From: Patescibacteria group bacterium | Lineage (GTDB): Bacteria; Patescibacteriota; Patescibacteriia; Magasanikbacterales; GWA2-37-8 | NCBI GenBank assembly: GCA_004321885.1 | Contig: SCQK01000014.1 | Span: 64,001-128,000, forward strand | Direction of reading: 5' to 3' | DNA length: 64,000 nt | Part shown: piece after piece, positions 60,178-64,000 of the stretch | How the letters are laid out: the number at the start of each line of letters is the position of its first letter | Position numbering within the stretch: the first letter of the stretch is position 1 | The notes under the pieces: generated by a model | The model's input: the letters and a program-made list of their open reading frames with translations, nothing else | Database searches by the model: none | What the model was told of the DNA's origin: nothing | Translations under genes and position numbers: made by a program

Positions 60178-60520
60178 ACTGAAATAAATAATCTCTCACC
60201 TGGTCTTCTCCGACGTGGCAAGAAGCGCCGTCTGACAAAAACGGCACCCCCACCTGCCCGCCCGGCAGACCGCATTTTTTGGCGGCCCTGGCCATGTCCA
60301 GGGCATTGCCCTGGTCGTGATAAACTTCTTTGCGGTTGATGGTTATTTTTTCGTCCAGCTTGTTGCTTTGAATGAAAGCGTCTATGTTGGCGCAGTGCGG
60401 GCATTCGCGACCGTAATATAAAACAATCTCTCCGGCCGCGGCTGGTTTTTCGCGGAAAAGAAAAATTACGCCGGCGATGGCCGCGAGAGAAATGATGACA
60501 AGCAGGGTTGTTTTTTTCAT
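60149..60520 (-). CDS. membrane-anchored thioredoxin-fold protein (CPHC active site)
   Basis: ATG at 60518-60520. TM anchor, then YYGRECPHCANI. Confidence 0.6.
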   Translation of the reverse strand: MKKTTLLVIISLAAIAGVIFLFREKPAAAGEIVLYYGRECPHCANIDAFIQSNKLDEKITINRKEVYHDQGNALDMARAAKKCGLPGGQVGVPFLSDGASCHVGEDQVRDYLFQYVKQKNVAN

Positions 60521-60528
60521 GTTAATCC

Positions 60529-60705
60529 TTAGGCCGCCTTTTTGGCCAGAGTGCGCCGGCAGGTGGAGCAGACGCGCGCGGAAACGCCGTCCAGCTTTAT
60601 CATCTGCAAGTTCGGCTTTTGGCGCCGCGGCGTTTTGATGTTGGAGTGGCTGACGCTGTTGGCGCGGGCCGCTTTTTTTCCGCACAAGTCGCAGGTTCGG
60701 GACAT
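60529..60705 (-). CDS. rpmB: 50S ribosomal protein L28
   Basis: MSRTCDLCGKK...RVCSTCRRT (L28 zinc-ribbon). 58 aa. Confidence 0.85.
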   Translation of the reverse strand: MSRTCDLCGKKAARANSVSHSNIKTPRRQKPNLQMIKLDGVSARVCSTCRRTLAKKAA

Positions 60706-60790
60706 AGTGAGCAAATTATACTAAACTTGGCATTTACTGTCAAGTATGGTATTATGAAGACAATTCATTTTTTTCATATTTTGCGTTTGT

Positions 60791-62038
60791 ATGCCGTCAA
60801 AAATTCAAAAAGAAGGGCCGTTTGAAGGGGCGCTGAAACAACTGGAAAAAACGCGCAAGCTCATCAGCCTGGAAGAAAATATTTACGCTCAGCTCAAAGC
60901 GCCGAAGCGGTTTTTGCAAGTGTCCATTCCGGTGCGCATGGACAATGGCTCGGTGCGGGTCTTTACCGGCTATCGTTCGCAGTATAACGACAGCCGCGGG
61001 CCGTACAAGGGCGGTATTCGTTTTCATCCGGATGTGAACGAAAGTGAAGTCAAGGCCTTGAGTATGTGGATGACTTGGAAGTGCGCCGTGGTCGGCATTC
61101 CTTTGGGCGGCGGCAAGGGCGGGGTGATTGTCAATCCCCGCGAGCTGTCGGTCGGCGAGCTGGAGCGCCTGTCGCGCGGCTATATTCAGGCCGTGTTTGC
61201 GTTTTTGGGTCCGCAACTGGATGTGCCGGCCCCGGATGTTTACACTGACCCGAAAATCATGGGCTGGATGCTGGATGAATACGAAAAATTGCTGGGTCAT
61301 CACGCGCCCGGAGTAATTACCGGCAAGCCCCTTTCTATCGGCGGTTCAGCGGCGCGCGGCTACAGCACGGCCCAGGGCGGGGTTTATGTTTTAAGCAATG
61401 CCGCGGCCAAATTAAAATTAAGCAAAGACGCCAAGGTGGCTATCCAGGGTTTTGGCAACGCCGGTTCCAATATGGCTGATTTGCTGGCCAAAAAAGGATA
61501 CAAAATTGTGGCTGTGAGCGATTCCAAGGGCGCTATTTACAAGGCCAAGGGATTGGACGTGGCGGCTTTAGCGGCGCACAAACAAAAAACCGGCGGGGTG
61601 GCCAATTTTGCCGGTGCGCAAAAATTGGAAGACATCATCGGCTGTGATTGCGATATTTTGGTTTTGGCGGCTTTGGAAAATTCCGTCACTTTGGAAAATG
61701 CGAAAAGCATCAAAGCGAAATTGGTGTTTGAGCTGGCCAATGGGCCGGTTTCGCCCGGGGCCGATGAGGTTTTGGCAGGCGACGGAGTTTCGATAATACC
61801 GGATATTTTGGCCAACGCCGGCGGAGTGGCCGTGAGCTATTTTGAACAGGCGCAAAATGCGAGCAATTATTATTGGACCGAAGCAGAGGTTTTGCAAAAA
61901 CTGGAAAAGCTGATGAACGATGCTTTTGACGCGGTATGGGAAAGAAAAGAAAAATATAAAACGACCTTGCGCCTGGGCGCGCATATTTTGGCCGTGGAGC
62001 GCGTGGCCCAGGCGATGAGGGATAGGGGATTGAATTAA
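60791..62038 (+). CDS. gdhA: Glu/Leu/Phe/Val-family glutamate dehydrogenase
   Basis: Catalytic region KGGIRFHP and GGGKGG. C-terminal Rossmann GFGNAGS. Confidence 0.9.
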   Translation: MPSKIQKEGPFEGALKQLEKTRKLISLEENIYAQLKAPKRFLQVSIPVRMDNGSVRVFTGYRSQYNDSRGPYKGGIRFHPDVNESEVKALSMWMTWKCAVVGIPLGGGKGGVIVNPRELSVGELERLSRGYIQAVFAFLGPQLDVPAPDVYTDPKIMGWMLDEYEKLLGHHAPGVITGKPLSIGGSAARGYSTAQGGVYVLSNAAAKLKLSKDAKVAIQGFGNAGSNMADLLAKKGYKIVAVSDSKGAIYKAKGLDVAALAAHKQKTGGVANFAGAQKLEDIIGCDCDILVLAALENSVTLENAKSIKAKLVFELANGPVSPGADEVLAGDGVSIIPDILANAGGVAVSYFEQAQNASNYYWTEAEVLQKLEKLMNDAFDAVWERKEKYKTTLRLGAHILAVERVAQAMRDRGLN

Positions 62039-62159
62039 AATGACCAATTTCAAATTACAAATGTCAAATTAATGTCAAAATTACAATGTCCAATTTGATA
62101 TTAAAATTAGTCATTGGACATTGATTGGAAATTGGAAATTTGGATTTTGAAATTTTCGT

Positions 62160-62855
62160 ATGCTGTCTTACATCTGGTTCACTTTCCTGTATCAGCCGCT
62201 GTTTAATGCCTTGGTTTGGCTTTACGTAAACGTGGCGCATCAAAATTTGGGCTGGGCTGTGGTTTGGCTGACAATTTTTTTGCGCGTTCTGCTTTTGCCG
62301 TTCACAATAATTTCTTACCGCGACGTTGGGCGCCAGGAAAAAGCCCAGCTGGAGGCCTTAAAAGCGGCGCGGGCGTACCAGGGCGATTTAGTGGCGCAGA
62401 AAGAAATTATCCGCGATATCATGAGGAAAAACCGCATTTCGCCCTGGGCCAAGGTTTTGACTTTGGGCGTTCAGCTTTTGGTTTTGGTCCTGCTCTATCA
62501 GGTTTTCGTGCGCGGCATTACCGGCGAGAAGGTCATTAAAATTCTTTACCCGAGCATTGATTTTCCGGGCAAAATCAACACTGAATTTTACGGTTTTGAC
62601 ATCGGCGCTAGGCATGATTTTATCTGGGCCGGCGCGGCCGCGCTCTATTTGTTTATTTCCATAATGTTCGCCAGCCGGCATCGCAAGCATTGGGACGGCG
62701 CTTCGGCCGTCTATGTGGTGCTTTTTCCGCTGGCCACTTTTTTCGCGCTTTGGCTTTTGCCTATGGTTAAATCGCTCTTCATTTTGACAACCATGATTTT
62801 TTCTGATACAATATCCGTGTTAAAAGCGCTTTTATTCCCCGCTAAAAAAACCTAG
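62160..62855 (+). CDS. yidC: YidC/Oxa1-family membrane protein insertase (short form)
   Basis: About 5 TMs with the conserved LLLPFTI segment. 231 aa. Confidence 0.7.
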   Translation: MLSYIWFTFLYQPLFNALVWLYVNVAHQNLGWAVVWLTIFLRVLLLPFTIISYRDVGRQEKAQLEALKAARAYQGDLVAQKEIIRDIMRKNRISPWAKVLTLGVQLLVLVLLYQVFVRGITGEKVIKILYPSIDFPGKINTEFYGFDIGARHDFIWAGAAALYLFISIMFASRHRKHWDGASAVYVVLFPLATFFALWLLPMVKSLFILTTMIFSDTISVLKALLFPAKKT

Positions 62856-62861
62856 TATAAT

Positions 62862-62889
62862 TGTCATTCCCGCGAAAGCGGGAATCCAG
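62862..62889. repeat. family-D palindromic element (TGTCATTCCCGCGAAAGCGGGAATCCAG)
   Basis: Minimal form of family D. Intergenic. Confidence 0.7.
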
Positions 62890-62894
62890 CAAAT

Positions 62895-63467
62895 ATGTCC
62901 GCCGACTCATTGGACAAACTGATGTATTCGTTCGTGATGGAGGATGTTTTGAAAGGCATTTTTATCACAGTGCCGCCCGGGTATGTGGCGTGCGTTTACG
63001 ATTACGGCCGGGGAGTGCTGAAAAAAGTTTTGACTCCGGGTTTGCATTTGAAAATTCCGTTTTGGCAGAAGGCCAAATTGTTTAACACACAGACCTTGGA
63101 ATACAGCATTTCGCGCAACTTTAATCCCGAGCACGAAAAGTCTTTGGGCGATATTCCCATCGCGGCCGTAACCAAAGACAGCCAGCGCGTGGGCGTGGAA
63201 GGCACAATTTTACTTCGCCTGGACGTGCACCAGATTCCCAGCATTTGGCAGACCATTGGCGAGGATTTTGTGGTCAAGATAGTGCGGCCCAGCATACGTA
63301 GCCGCATCCGCATGGTCTTTTCGCACTATGATTTTCAGGAAATTATCACGGTGAAGCGCGACGCCGTGGAAATGGAACTAAAAAACGAGCTTGAGCGCAT
63401 CTTTTACGCGCGCGGCATTTACGTGGAGAATGTATTGCTCTCCGAGATTTCACAGATAAGGCAGTAA
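62895..63467 (+). CDS. SPFH/Band-7 domain protein
   Basis: The prohibitin-homology core fits the PGYVACVYDYGRGV...LKIPFWQKAKLF pattern. Confidence 0.65.
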   Translation: MSADSLDKLMYSFVMEDVLKGIFITVPPGYVACVYDYGRGVLKKVLTPGLHLKIPFWQKAKLFNTQTLEYSISRNFNPEHEKSLGDIPIAAVTKDSQRVGVEGTILLRLDVHQIPSIWQTIGEDFVVKIVRPSIRSRIRMVFSHYDFQEIITVKRDAVEMELKNELERIFYARGIYVENVLLSEISQIRQ

Positions 63468-63468
63468 T

Positions 63469-63499
63469 GTCATTCTGGCTCGGGAGCCAGAATCCATCA
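63469..63499. repeat. family-D variant palindromic element (TGTCATTCTGGCTCGGGAGCCAGAATCCATC)
   Basis: Same outer termini with a different palindromic core. Confidence 0.6.
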
Positions 63500-63647
63500 T
63501 TCAATTCAAACCGGCAGTATCACTGCCGGTTTTTATTATTGACTTTTTTATGTTAGTGGTATATTATAATGGGTCTTTTCGGATTCACGTCCGAGGGATA
63601 GTTTGAAAACCAGCCGCTTGCAAGCGGCACAACGATGGAGGGAAATC

Positions 63648-64000
63648 ATGATCGCTCTTTTTATCGTGCTGACGCTCTGTGCCTTGGCAGGCAAGGTGTA
63701 CCTCACCTTCTTCAAAGAGGAGGAATGGTGGGGGAATGTTTGTCTGTTATTCGGGCTGGTCTTTAGTGTGGTCATCGCGACGTTTCTGGCGTATAATGAC
63801 CAGAAACGTGACTGGGAGAAAAAAGTGGCAAATGCTAAAACTGTTACAGGAATCGTGCAAAGAGTGTCGGTGGAGGTTGCTACTCCAAGTAACTTCGCCA
63901 CCTTCTATATCTACTTGCGCGGCGACTCTAAGCTCTATCGTTTGTCGAGGAATATTTCCGACGAGCTGCCGTCCACACGTGAAGGCGACAGGGTGCGTGT
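63648..64000 (+). CDS. hypothetical membrane protein (3'-truncated at window end)
   Basis: ATG at 63648 preceded by GGAGGG. Open to the window end (MIALFIVLTLCALAGKVYL...). Not in the ORF track because no stop lies within the window. Confidence 0.45.
   Translation, partial: MIALFIVLTLCALAGKVYLTFFKEEEWWGNVCLLFGLVFSVVIATFLAYNDQKRDWEKKVANAKTVTGIVQRVSVEVATPSNFATFYIYLRGDSKLYRLSRNISDELPSTREGDRVR

Noticed and set aside
1-64000. CRISPR arrays, rRNA genes, integrase/transposase genes
   Set aside because: Searched for regularly spaced direct repeats and for recombinase motifs near the tRNA-associated insertions and the island. None found. The dispersed palindromes are not spacer-separated arrays.

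Overview
This 64 kb window looks like a small-genome bacterium; a Candidate Phyla Radiation / Patescibacteria-like lineage is an inference from the gene set and repeat architecture. It is densely coding with mostly housekeeping genes: pilT, cca, a MacAB-like HlyD/ABC efflux operon, dnaG-rpoD, murG, a MiaB/MtaB-type radical-SAM methylthiotransferase, a Mur ligase, ftsEX, divergent guaA/guaB, htrA, cspA, an M4 metalloprotease, phospholipase D, rarA, queH, tsaE, rpmB, gdhA and yidC. I can support 9 tRNA genes and a candidate RNase P RNA. The outstanding features concern tRNA genes as insertion hot spots. (1) Two small COG2827-type GIY-YIG nuclease genes each sit between a truncated 5' tRNA copy and an intact tRNA (Pro-CGG, Asn-GUU). 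(2) A tRNA-Gly(CCC) gene is split by a 113-bp palindromic-repeat-bounded element with a 5-bp target duplication, and that element itself carries a complete second tRNA-Gly(CCC). (3) tRNA-Lys and tRNA-Pro(GGG) also have partial duplicated ends nearby. (4) A ~5.2 kb island next to tRNA-Asn is bounded by ~130-bp inverted repeats. It carries a C-M-R restriction-modification module (XRE controller, Dam-like MTase, PD-ExK nuclease), an ECF sigma with a coupled small ORF, a proteasome-beta/HslV-like Ntn hydrolase and a phage-type amidase. (5) At least four families of short palindromic repeats are scattered through the window, many inserted in-frame inside essential genes (cca, dnaG, guaA, tsaE, the radical-SAM MTTase, FkbM MTase and others), reminiscent of Rickettsia RPEs. 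Other items worth a look: an internal tandem duplication inside guaA bounded by two repeat elements, a 644-aa protein with a GGDEF-like palm motif, a eukaryotic-like kinase-fold protein downstream of rpoD, and a 1147-aa secreted PLC-like/LTD/beta-helix protein. No CRISPR array or rRNA was seen.
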